Assembly: GCA_041906305.1 (NCBI GenBank)
Contig: JAYRJL010000004.1
Location: forward strand, 264,334-328,333
Direction of reading: 5' to 3'
Source of the DNA: Alphaproteobacteria bacterium
Lineage (GTDB): Bacteria; Pseudomonadota; Alphaproteobacteria; SHVZ01
Length of the DNA stretch: 64,000 nt
The notes under the pieces are model-generated. The model searched no databases. It saw only the letters and a list, made by a program, of their open reading frames with translations, and was not told where the DNA came from. Below are positions 46,850 to 59,226 of the stretch, piece by piece. Position numbers and translations under genes: made by a program. Within the stretch, counting starts at the first letter, position 1. Each line of letters starts with the position of its first letter.

Positions 46850-49004
46850 GCGGGCGTTCCGGCCGACCGTCGGCACGCGTCGCGTGCAGCAGGCTGAAGA
46901 CGAGTCCGCCTTTGACCGGGTCGGCGTCGGCGAGCCGCACCTGCACCTGCTGGCCCAGCTGATACGACACCCGCGACTTTCGTCCGATCAGCCGATGGTG
47001 CACCTCGTCATGCTCGAAATAGTCCGCGCCTAAAGTCGAGATCGGGATCAGCCCGTCGGCGCCGGTCTCGTCGAGGCGAATGAAAAGGCCGAAGCGGGAT
47101 ACGCCGCTGATGCGACCCTCGAACTCGCCGCCGACACGGCTCGACAGGAACAGAGCGGTGTAGCGGTCGACCGCGTCGCGTTCGGCGACCTGGGCACGGC
47201 GCTCGGTCATGGAGATCTGCTCGCCGATCTGGCGCATGCGCGCCGCCTCCGAGTCGTGCAATCCGTCGTCGCCGAGGCCGAGCGCCTTGATCAGCCCGCG
47301 ATGGACCAGCACGTCCGAGTAGCGTCGGATGGGCGAAGTGAAATGCGCGTAGCGCCGAAGCGCCAGGCCGAAATGGCCGAGGTTGTCGGGGCTGTACTGC
47401 GCCTGGGCCTGGGAGCGCAGCACCAGGTCGTTGACCATCTGCTTGTAGGACGTGTTCTCGGCGCGCTCGAGGAGCTTGGTGAAGCTCTTCGGCTGCAGAA
47501 CCTGCCCCTTCGGCAGCGACAGGCCGACTGAATCGAGGAACTGGCGAAGCCCGTCGAGCTTCTCGTAGGTCGGACGGTCGTGCACCCGGTACATGCAGGG
47601 CACGCCCTTGGCCTCCAGCGCCTCGGCCGCGGCGACGTTGGCGGCGATCATGAACTCCTCGATCAGCTTGTGGCTGTCGAAGCGCGAGCGCATGCGGATC
47701 GCCAGCACGTCGCCATCGGGGCCGAGATAGACGCGGCGTTCCGGGATGTCGAGGTCGAGCGTGCCGCGCTTCTCTCGCGCCTTCGAAAGCGCGCGATAGG
47801 CCCCGTAGAGAGGCTCGATCACGCGCTCCATCAGCGGGCCTGTGGTGTCGTCCGGCCGCCCGTCCTTCGCATTCTGCGCCTGCTCGTAGGTCAGGCGCGC
47901 GGCCGAGCGCATCAGCGCCCGGCCGAAGCGGTGCGAGACGAGTCGGCCCTCCTTGTCGAGCTTCATGAAGCACGCCATCACGGGACGCGGGACCTTCGGC
48001 TTCAGCGAGCAGAGCTCGTTCGACAGGGCCTCGGGCAGCATCGGCACGACGCGGTCGGGCAGGTAGACCGAGTTGCCGCGCTGGAAGGCGGAACGGTCGA
48101 GCGGGCTTCCCGGCGTCACGTAGTGGGCGACGTCGGCGATCGCGACGACGATCTTCCAGCCTTCGCCGTCGGGCTCGGCGAAGACGGCGTCGTCGAAGTC
48201 GCGGGCATCGTCGCCGTCGATGGTGACGAGCGGTACGTCACGCAAATCCTCGCGCGTGCCGGGCTCGGTGACGGGCTTCGCCGACTCCGCCTGGACGATC
48301 GCGTCGTGCGGGAACTCGACCGGGATGCCGTGAGCGGCGACCGCGAGCGCACCGATCGCGCGCGGATCGTCGGCCGATCCCAGGCGTTCGACGATGCGCG
48401 CCTCGGGCAAGCCGGCGCGCGCGGTGGTCAGCACCTCGGCCGAGACGAGCTCGCCGTCCTTGGCGCCGCCGGAATCCGCGCGCGAGACCCGGAACTCGGT
48501 GCGGCTCCGCTTGTCGGCCGGCACCAGTCGCCCGCCTTCGGAACTCAGGCGGTACGTGCCGACGACACGATCGGCGGTGGTCGGGATGCGGCGAAGCACG
48601 CGGGCTTCGTAAAGGCGCGAGGATCGCTTGGTGAGGCGCGCGAGCACGCGCGTGCCGGTCAGGATCGCCGGCGCGCCGGGGCGCTCGACCACGATGATCG
48701 TCGGCGGTTCCTTCTCGCCTTCCCAGACCATCGGCGTGGCGAGCGTGTCGCCGTCCTCGCTGGTGCCGGCGATCACGATCGGCATCACCTCGGCGAGGCG
48801 GCCGGGAGGTGGTGCGGCCTTCCTGACCTTGCCCACGGTGCCTTCGGCCGAGAGTTCGCGTAGCATCGCCTTCAAGGCGACGCGATCCTCGCCCTTCACC
48901 TGGAAGGCGCGCGCGATCTCGCGCTTGCCGACCGGCGTCGGACTTTCGGTGATGAAGGTCCGAAGCTGGTCCTTGGTCGGGAGCGGGGGCTTCTTGCGCG
49001 CCAT
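46782..49004 (-). CDS. rnr: ribonuclease R
   Basis: 740 aa; cold-shock/OB domains, the RNB catalytic domain (DGDDARDFDDAV), an S1 domain and a basic C-terminal tail. Its 3' end overlaps the second PAS_5 gene by 68 nt. Confidence 0.9.
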   Translation of the reverse strand: MARKKPPLPTKDQLRTFITESPTPVGKREIARAFQVKGEDRVALKAMLRELSAEGTVGKVRKAAPPPGRLAEVMPIVIAGTSEDGDTLATPMVWEGEKEPPTIIVVERPGAPAILTGTRVLARLTKRSSRLYEARVLRRIPTTADRVVGTYRLSSEGGRLVPADKRSRTEFRVSRADSGGAKDGELVSAEVLTTARAGLPEARIVERLGSADDPRAIGALAVAAHGIPVEFPHDAIVQAESAKPVTEPGTREDLRDVPLVTIDGDDARDFDDAVFAEPDGEGWKIVVAIADVAHYVTPGSPLDRSAFQRGNSVYLPDRVVPMLPEALSNELCSLKPKVPRPVMACFMKLDKEGRLVSHRFGRALMRSAARLTYEQAQNAKDGRPDDTTGPLMERVIEPLYGAYRALSKAREKRGTLDLDIPERRVYLGPDGDVLAIRMRSRFDSHKLIEEFMIAANVAAAEALEAKGVPCMYRVHDRPTYEKLDGLRQFLDSVGLSLPKGQVLQPKSFTKLLERAENTSYKQMVNDLVLRSQAQAQYSPDNLGHFGLALRRYAHFTSPIRRYSDVLVHRGLIKALGLGDDGLHDSEAARMRQIGEQISMTERRAQVAERDAVDRYTALFLSSRVGGEFEGRISGVSRFGLFIRLDETGADGLIPISTLGADYFEHDEVHHRLIGRKSRVSYQLGQQVQVRLADADPVKGGLVFSLLHATRADGRPERPLKRRPETRSGAPRRRPGKSRRG

Positions 49005-49041
49005 TCTTCTCGCTTAAGCCTGACGATCCGACGCAGGTTGC

Positions 49042-51672
49042 CTACTCGGTCGCCGGCTTCTTCTTCGCTGGGGCTTTCTTCTTTGCGGCGGGCTTCTTCG
49101 GCTTCTCGGCCTTGGCCGGCTTCTCCGCCGACGCGTCGGCCGCGGGCTTCGCTGCCTTCTTCGCCGCTCCCTTCGGAGGCGGCGCCTTGCCGGCTTTCTC
49201 GGCAATCAGTGCGACCGCCATGTCGAGCGTGACCGCAGACGGCTCGGTGCCGCGCTTCAACGTCGCGCGCACGCCGCCGTGCTGCACGTAGGGACCGAAG
49301 CGGCCCTTCTTCAGCGTGATCGGCTTGCCGTCGGCCGGGTGCTTGCCGACCTCGACCGCGGCGGAGCCGGTCGCGGTGGCGAGCAGGTCGACCGCGCGGT
49401 TGATGCCGACCGTCAGTACGTCCTCGTCCTTCGGCAGCGACTTGAAGCGCGCGCCGACCTTGAGATAAGGGCCGAAGCGGCCGATGCCGGCGGTGATCAT
49501 CTCGCCGGTTTCCGGATGCGGCCCGAGCTCGCGCGGCAGCGCCAGCAGCGCGAGACCACGTTCGAGCGTGACGTCGGCCGGCGAGAGTCCGCGCGGCAGC
49601 GAGACGCGCTTGGGCTTCACCTTGCCCTCGGCTTCGCCGAGCTGGACGTATTGCCCGTAGGGGCCGCGCTTGAGGGTGACCGCCTTGCCGCTCGCCGGAT
49701 CCTTGCCGAGCTCGCGCTCGCCGCCATCGGCCGCGGCCTCTCCGTCCTGGCCGCCCTCGACGACGAGGCGGCGCGTGTATTTGCACTCGGGATAGTTCGA
49801 GCAGCCGATGAAGGCGCCGAACTTGCCGAGCTTGAGGCCGAGACGCCCGGAGGTGCAGGACGGACAGACGCGCGGATCGGTGCCGCCCTCGGTCTGGGGG
49901 AAGAAGTGCTGGCCGAGATCCTGGTCTAGGGTCTCGATGACTTCCTTGATGCCGATGTCCTTGGTGCCGCCGACGGCGCCGGAAAAGTCGCGCCAGAACT
50001 CGCGCAAGACTTCCTTCCAATCGAGGTCGCCCTCGGCGACCTCGTCGAGCTTGCCTTCGAGATCCGCGGTGAAGCCGTACTGGACGTATTTCTCGAAGAA
50101 GTTGGAAAGGAACGCGGTGACGACGCGGCCGCGATCCTCCGGCATAAAGCGCTTGCGCTCGAGCCGGACGTAGTCGCGGTCCTGCAGGACCTGAAGGATG
50201 GACGCGTAGGTCGACGGCCGGCCGATGCCGAGCTCCTCGAGGCGCTTCACTAGGCTCGCCTCGCTGTAGCGGGGCGGCGGCTGGGTGAAATGCTGCTCGG
50301 GCTTGATCTCGCCCTGGGTCAGAGGCTGGCCGGTCGAGAGCTGCGGCAGGCGGCGGTTGCCATCGTCGTCCGCGTCGTCGTCCTTGCCTTCCTGGTAGAG
50401 CTTCAGGAAGCCGTCGAACAGCATGATCGAGCCGGTCGCGCGCAGCACCGTCCTGCCGGACGCGTCGGCGATGTCGACGCCGGTCTGGTCGAGCTGGGCC
50501 GCCTCCATCTGGCAGGCGACCGCACGCTTCCAGACCAGCTCGTAGAGCCGGCGCTGCTCTTCCTCGAGATAGGGGGCGACGTCGGCGGGAAGACGGCCGA
50601 GATCGGTCGGGCGGATCGCCTCGTGCGCTTCCTGGGCGTTCTTCGCCTGGTTCTTGAAGGTGCGCGGCTCCTTCGGCAGGTAGCGATCGCCGAACTCGCG
50701 CTGGATCACGTTGCGCGCCCCGGTCAGCGCTTCCTGGCTCAGGTTCACGCTGTCGGTACGCATATAAGTAATGAGGCCGACGGTCTCGCCGCCGAGCGAC
50801 ACGCCTTCATAGAGCTGCTGCGCCAGCCGCATCGTGCGCGACGCGCCTAGGCCGAGCTTACGGGAGGACTCCTGCTGCAGCGTCGAGGTCGTGAACGGGG
50901 CAGGCGGGAAGCGGCGGACGGTCTTTCGCTCAACTTCAGCGACCTTGAACTGTCCTGCCTTGATCGCCTCGACCGCGCGCTCGGCCGAAGCCTGGTCCTT
51001 GAGCCCCATCTTGCCGAGCTTGTCGCCGCCGAGATGGGTGAGCTCGGCCGTGAACTTGCCGCCCTCCGCGGTCGAGAACTCGGTCGCGACCGACCAATAC
51101 TCTTCCGGCTTGAACGCCTCGATCTCGGCCTCGCGCTCGCAGATGAGGCGGAGCGCCACCGACTGCACGCGGCCGGCCGACTTGGCGCCGGGCAGCTTCC
51201 GCCACAGCACCGGCGAGAGCGTGAAGCCCACAAGATAGTCGAGGGCGCGGCGGGCGAGGTAGGCGTCGACCAGTTCCTGGTTGATCTCGCGCGGGTTGGC
51301 GATCGCATCGAGGACGGCCGACTTGGTGATCTCGTGGAAGACGACGCGGCTGACCTCGATGCCCTCGAGCTTCTTCCGCTCCTTCAGGATCTCGGCCAGG
51401 TGCCATGAGATCGCCTCGCCCTCGCGGTCCGGGTCGGTCGCGAGGAAGAGACGCTTCGCCTTCTTGAGCTCGCCGGCGATGGCCGAGACCGCCTTCTCGG
51501 CGCGGTCCTCGACTTCCCAGGTCATCGCGAAGTCGGACTCGGGGTCGACGGCGCCGTTCTTAGGCACCAGGTCGCGGACGTGACCGTAGCTCGCGACGAC
51601 CTTGTAGCCATCGCCCAGATACTTGTTGATGGTCTTCGCCTTGGCGGGCGACTCGACGACGACGACGTCCAT
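49042..51672 (-). CDS. topA: DNA topoisomerase I
   Basis: 876 aa; TOPRIM N-terminus (MDVVVVESPAKAKTINKYLG), the active-site Tyr region, C4 zinc ribbons and a Lys/Ala-rich C-terminal tail. Confidence 0.95.
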   Translation of the reverse strand: MDVVVVESPAKAKTINKYLGDGYKVVASYGHVRDLVPKNGAVDPESDFAMTWEVEDRAEKAVSAIAGELKKAKRLFLATDPDREGEAISWHLAEILKERKKLEGIEVSRVVFHEITKSAVLDAIANPREINQELVDAYLARRALDYLVGFTLSPVLWRKLPGAKSAGRVQSVALRLICEREAEIEAFKPEEYWSVATEFSTAEGGKFTAELTHLGGDKLGKMGLKDQASAERAVEAIKAGQFKVAEVERKTVRRFPPAPFTTSTLQQESSRKLGLGASRTMRLAQQLYEGVSLGGETVGLITYMRTDSVNLSQEALTGARNVIQREFGDRYLPKEPRTFKNQAKNAQEAHEAIRPTDLGRLPADVAPYLEEEQRRLYELVWKRAVACQMEAAQLDQTGVDIADASGRTVLRATGSIMLFDGFLKLYQEGKDDDADDDGNRRLPQLSTGQPLTQGEIKPEQHFTQPPPRYSEASLVKRLEELGIGRPSTYASILQVLQDRDYVRLERKRFMPEDRGRVVTAFLSNFFEKYVQYGFTADLEGKLDEVAEGDLDWKEVLREFWRDFSGAVGGTKDIGIKEVIETLDQDLGQHFFPQTEGGTDPRVCPSCTSGRLGLKLGKFGAFIGCSNYPECKYTRRLVVEGGQDGEAAADGGERELGKDPASGKAVTLKRGPYGQYVQLGEAEGKVKPKRVSLPRGLSPADVTLERGLALLALPRELGPHPETGEMITAGIGRFGPYLKVGARFKSLPKDEDVLTVGINRAVDLLATATGSAAVEVGKHPADGKPITLKKGRFGPYVQHGGVRATLKRGTEPSAVTLDMAVALIAEKAGKAPPPKGAAKKAAKPAADASAEKPAKAEKPKKPAAKKKAPAKKKPATE

Positions 51673-51708
51673 CTCTCGTTCGTACCTTACTTCAATCCAG
51701 CGCTATAA

Positions 51709-52815
51709 CTAGCTGGTGATGCGCAAAGAAACCTTATTGCCCGGATGCCGGTCGAGGCGGCCGGCCAGCTCCGCCTCGAGGAGAACGGCGAGCACGGCGG
51801 GCGCTGACATGTGGCATTGGCGGATCAGTTCGTCAACCGAGACCGGCCCGGGCCCCAGGAGTTCGAGCACAGTTGAACGGGCCCTGTCGGCTTCGCCCTC
51901 ATCATATTTAGGGGTCGGTTCGACAGTCCGTTTCGGGGCCGGATCGGCATGGCGACCCAGGCCCTCGAGGACGTCCTCGGCACCCTGGACCAGGGTCGCC
52001 CCCTCTCGGATCAGGCCGTTGCAGCCGCGCGCCCGAGGATCGAGCGGGGATCCCGGGACCGCGAAGACGTCGCGACCCTGCTCGGCGGCGAAGCGGGCGG
52101 TGATCAGGGAGCCCGAGCGCTCGGCGGCCTCGACCACGACCGTCGCCAGGGACAGGCCGGAGATGATCCGGTTCCGGCGCGGGAAATGGCGCGCCTGCGG
52201 CACGGTGCCGGGCGCCATCTCGGCGACGATCAGGCCCTCGGCGCCGATCCGCTCCTGCAGGGCCCGGTTTTCCTCCGGATAGACGACGTCGGCGCCTCCA
52301 GCGACGACCGCGATCGTGCTCGGGAGCGCGCCGTCATGCGCCATCGCGTCGATGCCGCGCGCGAGGCCCGACACGACGATGAGGCCGGCGGCCGCGAGAT
52401 CGCGGGCCAGGTCGCGGGCGAGCTTCCGGCCATTGGCCGAGGCATTGCGGGCGCCGACGACCGCGACCGACCGCTTTCCCAGAAGCTCGGCCCGGCCGAT
52501 CGTCGTGATCAGCGGCGGCGGATCGGCGATCTCGCGGAGGAGGGCGGGGTAGTCCGGCTCGGTCGCGGCGATCCAGCGGCCGCCTGCCTTGGCCAGTCCC
52601 GCGATCTGCGCCTGGGCTTCCGCGACGGAGGGACTCTTCGGTCCGCCTGAACGCCCGCCCCGGCGGGCAAGGATGGGAAGGGCGGCCAGCGCCTCGCGGG
52701 CAGACCCGAAGCGATCGATCAGCTGGAAAAACGAAATCGGCCCGACATGCTCGGTCCCGGCGAGCCGGAGCCAGTCGACGCGTTCTGCGTCCGAGAGAGG
52801 GCGGTAACCGCTCAT
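51709..52815 (-). CDS. dprA: DNA-processing protein DprA (Smf)
   Basis: 368 aa with the Rossmann-like DprA domain (VVSGLARGIDAMAH). Conserved dprA-topA-rnr cluster. Confidence 0.9.
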   Translation of the reverse strand: MSGYRPLSDAERVDWLRLAGTEHVGPISFFQLIDRFGSAREALAALPILARRGGRSGGPKSPSVAEAQAQIAGLAKAGGRWIAATEPDYPALLREIADPPPLITTIGRAELLGKRSVAVVGARNASANGRKLARDLARDLAAAGLIVVSGLARGIDAMAHDGALPSTIAVVAGGADVVYPEENRALQERIGAEGLIVAEMAPGTVPQARHFPRRNRIISGLSLATVVVEAAERSGSLITARFAAEQGRDVFAVPGSPLDPRARGCNGLIREGATLVQGAEDVLEGLGRHADPAPKRTVEPTPKYDEGEADRARSTVLELLGPGPVSVDELIRQCHMSAPAVLAVLLEAELAGRLDRHPGNKVSLRITS

Positions 52816-52864
52816 ACCTTTAGCAAGGTGCGGGCGAAGCGGCCCCCCGTCAACAACCTCAGCG

Positions 52865-53533
52865 CTACAGCGAGGGGCCGCCGTTGTGGCCGTGCTGCCC
52901 GGTGCTCATCGCCGAGTCCTTGCCGAGCTTGATCTTGGATTCCGTGCCACTGAGAAGCCGGCGGATGTTCTCATGGTGGCGGATCCAGACCAGGACGGCG
53001 ATCAAGGCGGCCAGGTAGGCCCGCTGCGGATCCGCCAGGAACCAGGCGTAGACCGGGGAGAGTGCGATCGCGACCAGGGCCGCCAGCGAGGAGTACCTGA
53101 AGACGAAGGCGATCACGAGCCAGGTCAGGCAGGCTGCCACCCCGACCGGCCAGGCGATCGCCAGCAGGATGCCGAGGGCGGTCGCGACCCCCTTGCCCCC
53201 CTTGAAGCGCAGCCACACCGGAAAGCAGTGGCCGAGCATGGCCCCGCCGCCGGCAAGCACCGCCATGTCCTGTCCGCCGATCGATCCTGCGATCAGGACG
53301 GCGACCGCGCCCTTGGCGCCGTCGAGAAACAGGGTGGCGGCGGCCAGTCCCTTCCTTCCGGTTCTTAGAACGTTGGTTGCGCCGACATTGCCCGACCCGA
53401 TGTTCCTTATGTCGCCGAGGCCGGCGAGCCTCGTCAGAACCACCCCGAAGATGATCGAGCCCAGGAGGTAACCGCCGATCGCTGCCGCCCAGAGGGGCCA
53501 CGCCTGGGAGAAATCTCCGAGCAGCGCCGGCAT
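52865..53533 (-). CDS. plsY: glycerol-3-phosphate acyltransferase PlsY
   Basis: 222-aa membrane protein with IRNIGSGNVGATNVLRTGRK and FKGGKGVAT motifs. Confidence 0.9.
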   Translation of the reverse strand: MPALLGDFSQAWPLWAAAIGGYLLGSIIFGVVLTRLAGLGDIRNIGSGNVGATNVLRTGRKGLAAATLFLDGAKGAVAVLIAGSIGGQDMAVLAGGGAMLGHCFPVWLRFKGGKGVATALGILLAIAWPVGVAACLTWLVIAFVFRYSSLAALVAIALSPVYAWFLADPQRAYLAALIAVLVWIRHHENIRRLLSGTESKIKLGKDSAMSTGQHGHNGGPSL

Positions 53534-53537
53534 GGGC

Positions 53538-54830
53538 TCAGCTTCCTCTCGCGTCGTGGACGACGCGGCCGGAGGTTACCGTGACGAGAACCTTGCCTTC
53601 GACCGGGCGTCCGTCGAAAGGCGAGTTCTTGGATTTGGAGCGGAAGCTGTCGACGTCGATCCGGTGGGCGCGCTCCGGATCGAAGAGGACCAGGTCGGCG
53701 CGGCGTCCCTTCGCCATCCGACCGGTCTCGAGGCCCAGTAGTGCGGCGGGGGCCGAGGTAATCTTCTGCAACGCCAATTGCAGTTTCAGGTGATTGTTGT
53801 GAAATAACTCTAAAGTCAGCGGTAATAACGTTTCCAGCCCGAGGATGCCCGAGGCCGCCTGGGCGAACGGTAGTCTTTTCGAGTCGGCATCATGGGGGGC
53901 ATGGTCGGAGGCGATGGCATCGATAGTACCGTCGGTAAGCCCCTCGACGATGGCGCGGCGATCGTCTTCGGAACGGAGCGGGGGTGACAGCTTGGCGAAG
54001 GTCCGGTAGTCGCCGACGGCGGTCTCGTTGAGCGCGAAGTAGGGCGGCGCGGTATCGCAAGTCACTGATAAGCCGCGCTTCTTCGCCGCCCGTATGACCT
54101 CGACGCCGGCACGGGTGGAGAGATGGGCGGCGTGGTAGCGCCCACCCGTGAGTTCGACCAGGCGCATGTCGCGATCGAGCATGATGGCCTCGGCAGCGGC
54201 CGGAATACCCGAGAGACCGAGGCGGGTGGCGATCTCGCCTTCGTTCATCCCCGCATCCGAGGTCAGGGCCGGTTCTTCCGCATGGTTGAGGATAACTTGG
54301 CCGAATGTCTTGGCATACGAGAGGGCCCGGCGCATGACCAGGGCCGAGGAAACGGTCTGGGTCCCGTCCGTGAAGCCGACCGCGCCGGCCGCCGCCATGA
54401 GGCCGATCTCGGTCAGCTCCTTGCCGGCGAGGCCCTTGGTGAGGGCGCCATAGGTCCGAATGTCGACCAGACCGACCGCCTTGGCCCGGCGCTCGACGAA
54501 CTCGACCAGGGACGGTTCGTCGACCGGCGGCCGCGTGTTCGGGAGCGCGACCATGGTCCCGACACCGCCGGCGGCGGCGGCCTGGCTCGCCGTGTCGAAG
54601 TTCTCCTTGTGCTCCTCGCCCGGCTCGCGGAGCTGGACCCGCATGTCGACGAGGGCCGGGGCCAGGACCGTGCCCTTGCCGTCGATGACGTAGGCATCCT
54701 CGGGGATCCGGTCGAACAGCTTGGGCCCGAGATCGGCGATTTCGCCGTTGACGACAAGGAGTTCGCCCTTCTCGTCGCGGCCGCTCGCGGGGTCGATCAG
54801 GCGGACGTTGGTGAAGGCGATCTTGGTCAC
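53538..54830 (-). CDS. pyrC: dihydroorotase-like protein, probably non-catalytic PyrC' (HxH zinc motif replaced)
   Basis: 430-aa DHOase-family protein immediately downstream of pyrB. The canonical D-x-H-x-H zinc-ligand motif reads [11 protein letters not shown] here (His replaced by Met/Gln). A downstream SDHAPH Asp is retained. Confidence 0.75.
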   Translation of the reverse strand: MTKIAFTNVRLIDPASGRDEKGELLVVNGEIADLGPKLFDRIPEDAYVIDGKGTVLAPALVDMRVQLREPGEEHKENFDTASQAAAAGGVGTMVALPNTRPPVDEPSLVEFVERRAKAVGLVDIRTYGALTKGLAGKELTEIGLMAAAGAVGFTDGTQTVSSALVMRRALSYAKTFGQVILNHAEEPALTSDAGMNEGEIATRLGLSGIPAAAEAIMLDRDMRLVELTGGRYHAAHLSTRAGVEVIRAAKKRGLSVTCDTAPPYFALNETAVGDYRTFAKLSPPLRSEDDRRAIVEGLTDGTIDAIASDHAPHDADSKRLPFAQAASGILGLETLLPLTLELFHNNHLKLQLALQKITSAPAALLGLETGRMAKGRRADLVLFDPERAHRIDVDSFRSKSKNSPFDGRPVEGKVLVTVTSGRVVHDARGS

Positions 54831-55786
54831 GGCGCGTTCCTGCCGGCGTCCGGCAGGTTCCGGGACAGCACGTCGAGGCAGGCCATGCGGACCGCGACGC
54901 CCATCTCAACCTGTTGGCGGATAAGGGATCTGTCGATGTCGTCGGCGACCTCGGAGTCGATCTCGACGCCTCGGTTCATGGGGCCGGGGTGCATGATGAA
55001 GGCGTCGGGCTTGGCCAGCGCCAGCTTCTGCCGGTCGAGGCCGAAGAAATGAAAATATTCGCGGATCGAGGGGACGAAGGAACCCTGCATCCGCTCGGTC
55101 TGAAGGCGGAGCATCATGACGATGTCGCAGCCGATCAGGCCCTTCTTCATGTCGGTGAAGATCTCGACCCCGAGACGATCGGCGGCGGAAGGCAGCAGGG
55201 TCGGCGGCGCGATCAGCCGCACGCGGGCACCTAAGCTGTTGAGAAGATGGATGTTCGATCGCGCCACACGCGAATGCAGGACGTCGCCGCAGATCGCCAC
55301 CAGGAGCCCGCCGATCTTGCCCTTGGTGCGCCTTATGGTCAGCGCATCCAGCAAGGCCTGGGTGGGGTGCTCGTGAGTGCCGTCACCGGCATTGATGACC
55401 GAGCAATTGACCTTTTCCGACAACAGCTTGACGGCGCCCGAGTCATGGTGCCGGACGATCAGCACGTCCGGGTGCATGGCGTTCAGCGTCATCGCCGTGT
55501 CGATCAGCGTCTCGCCCTTCTTGGTCGAGCTCGAGGCGACCGACATGTTGAGGACGTCCGCGCCGAGCCGCTTGCCGGCGAGCTCGAACGACATCTGGGT
55601 GCGGGTCGACGGCTCGAAGAACAGGTTGATCTGCGTTCGGCCGCGCAGGACCGAGGCCTTTTTATCGGCGCCGCGGTTCAGGTCGACATAGGTTTCGGCG
55701 AGGTCGAGAAGCCCGACGATCTCGTCGGGATTCATGCCTTCGATGCCGAGGAGGTGCTTTAAGGGAGGACGCGGAGGCGAGGCCAT
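54827..55786 (-). CDS. pyrB: aspartate carbamoyltransferase catalytic subunit
   Basis: STRTQ carbamoyl-phosphate motif and HPTQ. Confidence 0.95.
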   Translation of the reverse strand: MASPPRPPLKHLLGIEGMNPDEIVGLLDLAETYVDLNRGADKKASVLRGRTQINLFFEPSTRTQMSFELAGKRLGADVLNMSVASSSTKKGETLIDTAMTLNAMHPDVLIVRHHDSGAVKLLSEKVNCSVINAGDGTHEHPTQALLDALTIRRTKGKIGGLLVAICGDVLHSRVARSNIHLLNSLGARVRLIAPPTLLPSAADRLGVEIFTDMKKGLIGCDIVMMLRLQTERMQGSFVPSIREYFHFFGLDRQKLALAKPDAFIMHPGPMNRGVEIDSEVADDIDRSLIRQQVEMGVAVRMACLDVLSRNLPDAGRNAP

Positions 55787-55952
55787 TAAAGGCCCTGCTT
55801 ACACCTTCGCGCCGGGCGTGGATAGCGCCGCGCGCATGCTGCATCTGCGAAGACACGAACTACCTTCCCAGCGTGGGCTGTGGATTAAATGAGCCCGGAT
55901 TTGCTGGGTTTGGCGACATTTGATGGGGATGAATGCCAAAGCCTGTAGCCGC

Positions 55953-56864
55953 TCAAGACTGATACATCAAGATCAAGGGCAAGCTCAAAACCGATATAAC
56001 AATTTGAAACGTGAGAATCGCCGCCATCAGGCGGTGGTCGCCGCCCATTGCCCGCGCCATGACATAAGAGGATGGCGAGGCGGGAAGCGCGTTGAAGAGA
56101 GTGCAGATCGCCGTCGCGACCGGATCGAGCCCGAGAACCCGGCAGAAGGCGAAGGTGAGGGCCGGAAGCACGAAAAGCTTGCCCAGGCAGGCGACCCCAA
56201 GCGGGATTTTGGCCTCCCGGAGCATCGAGAAGTCGAGGCTGGATCCCACCGAGAGCAGCGCCAGCGGCAGCGACGCCTGACCGAGGAGCTTCAGCGTGTC
56301 CGCGACCGGCATCGGCAGCCGGATCGGGCTCAGGCTAAGGAGAATCCCGGCGAGGCAGCCCAGAATGATTGGATTGAGGATAATTTGCCGGAGCGTTTGC
56401 CCCCAGCTTGGGACTCCCGATCCGTACCGGCTGAGCAGGATCACGGCGATCAGGTTGACCAGGGGAATGGCGATCGCGACCGTCAGCGAGAAGAGCGACA
56501 GGCCGGTCGTGCCCCAGAGAGCGCCGGCCGCAGCGAAGCCGATATAGATGTTCGGCCGGAGGCAGCCCTGGACCACCGACGTCAGCTGCGGCGCCGGCAG
56601 CCGGAGCGCATGGGTGATTGCGAGCGCCAGGATCGTCATCGCCAGCAGCGACCCGACCGAGGCGATCGCGATTCCCGTCACGGGAAGCTTGCTCCAGTCG
56701 ATGGTCCCGAGGCTGGTGGTGAGCAACGCCGGGAATAGGACCCAGTAGACCACCCGCTCGGCCCCGAGCCAGAACGGTTCGGGCAGCCAGGGCTGCCGTC
56801 GGAGCCACCAGCCGATCAGGATCAGCGCGAAGATCGGGCCGATCGCCCCGAGGGCGGCGGTCAT
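55953..56864 (-). CDS. AEC family transporter (second copy in window)
   Basis: 303-aa polytopic membrane protein of the auxin efflux carrier type. Confidence 0.8.
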   Translation of the reverse strand: MTAALGAIGPIFALILIGWWLRRQPWLPEPFWLGAERVVYWVLFPALLTTSLGTIDWSKLPVTGIAIASVGSLLAMTILALAITHALRLPAPQLTSVVQGCLRPNIYIGFAAAGALWGTTGLSLFSLTVAIAIPLVNLIAVILLSRYGSGVPSWGQTLRQIILNPIILGCLAGILLSLSPIRLPMPVADTLKLLGQASLPLALLSVGSSLDFSMLREAKIPLGVACLGKLFVLPALTFAFCRVLGLDPVATAICTLFNALPASPSSYVMARAMGGDHRLMAAILTFQIVISVLSLPLILMYQS

Positions 56865-57352
56865 GTCTCGGGCGAGGGAGCGGGCGGCGGTTCCCGGCGC
56901 ATCATGTCCAGCGCCCCCTGGAGGATGTAGCTGGCGGCGAGCTTGTCGACGAGCTCGTCCCGGCGTCTCCGCGACGCGTCGGCCTCCAGCAGCGTCCGGG
57001 TCACGGCGGCGGTCGAGAGCCGCTCGTCCCAGAACGCCATCTCGAGCGCGCGCTTCTGGAGAAGGTTGGCGGCGAACTGCCGGACCGACTGGCAGCGGGG
57101 GCCCTCGCTGCCGTCCATGTTGAGCGGCAGGCCCAGCACCAGCGCGCCGACCTGGCGGCCGTCGATCACCTTGAACAGCTCCTCGGCGTCCTTGGTGAAC
57201 TTGGTCCGCCGGATGGTGTCCATCGGGCTCGCGATGGTGTGCGTCGCGTCCGCAATCGCGAGCCCGATCGTCTTGGTCCCGATGTCGAGCCCGAGCAGCC
57301 GATCACCCCTTTTTATCAAGGACTTGAGTTCGGAAATGTTGCGGATCGACAT
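56861..57352 (-). CDS. ruvX: Holliday junction resolvase-like RuvX (YqgF)
   Basis: 163 aa from [27 protein letters not shown] is the YqgF N-terminus. The track ORF is 5'-extended. Confidence 0.85.
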   Translation of the reverse strand: MSIRNISELKSLIKRGDRLLGLDIGTKTIGLAIADATHTIASPMDTIRRTKFTKDAEELFKVIDGRQVGALVLGLPLNMDGSEGPRCQSVRQFAANLLQKRALEMAFWDERLSTAAVTRTLLEADASRRRRDELVDKLAASYILQGALDMMRREPPPAPSPET

Positions 57353-57465
57353 GGCCCGATGATACGGTGCAGCGCACTTTGCCAACATGGAGCGCGTGCC
57401 GAGGCCGACCCGCTTTAAGAGGGCCGACCGCAAGGCGCGTTCCGCTTGCTTCAAGAGACCTACTG

Positions 57466-57753
57466 CATGTCCCTGGACAAAGATACGGTCCGGAAAGTCG
57501 CCACCCTGGCGCGGATCAAGGTACCGGATGCCGAGCTCGACAACCTGGCCAAGGAGCTCTCGGGCGTCCTCGGCTGGATCGAGCAGCTGAACGAGGTCGA
57601 CGTGACCGGCGTCCAGCCGATGACCTCGGTCGCCCAGATGAAGCTCACGATGCGCGCCGACGAGGTGACCGACGGCGGCAACGCCGAGAAGGTGACCCAG
57701 AACGCGCCCGAGGGCGCGCATGGCTTCTTCGTCGTGCCGAAGGTGGTCGAGTA

Positions 57754-57754
<1 letters not shown>
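57466..57754 (+). CDS. gatC: Asp-tRNA(Asn)/Glu-tRNA(Gln) amidotransferase subunit C
   Basis: [41 protein letters not shown]; 95 aa. Confidence 0.9.
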
Positions 57755-59222
<1,468 letters not shown>

Positions 59223-59226
<4 letters not shown>

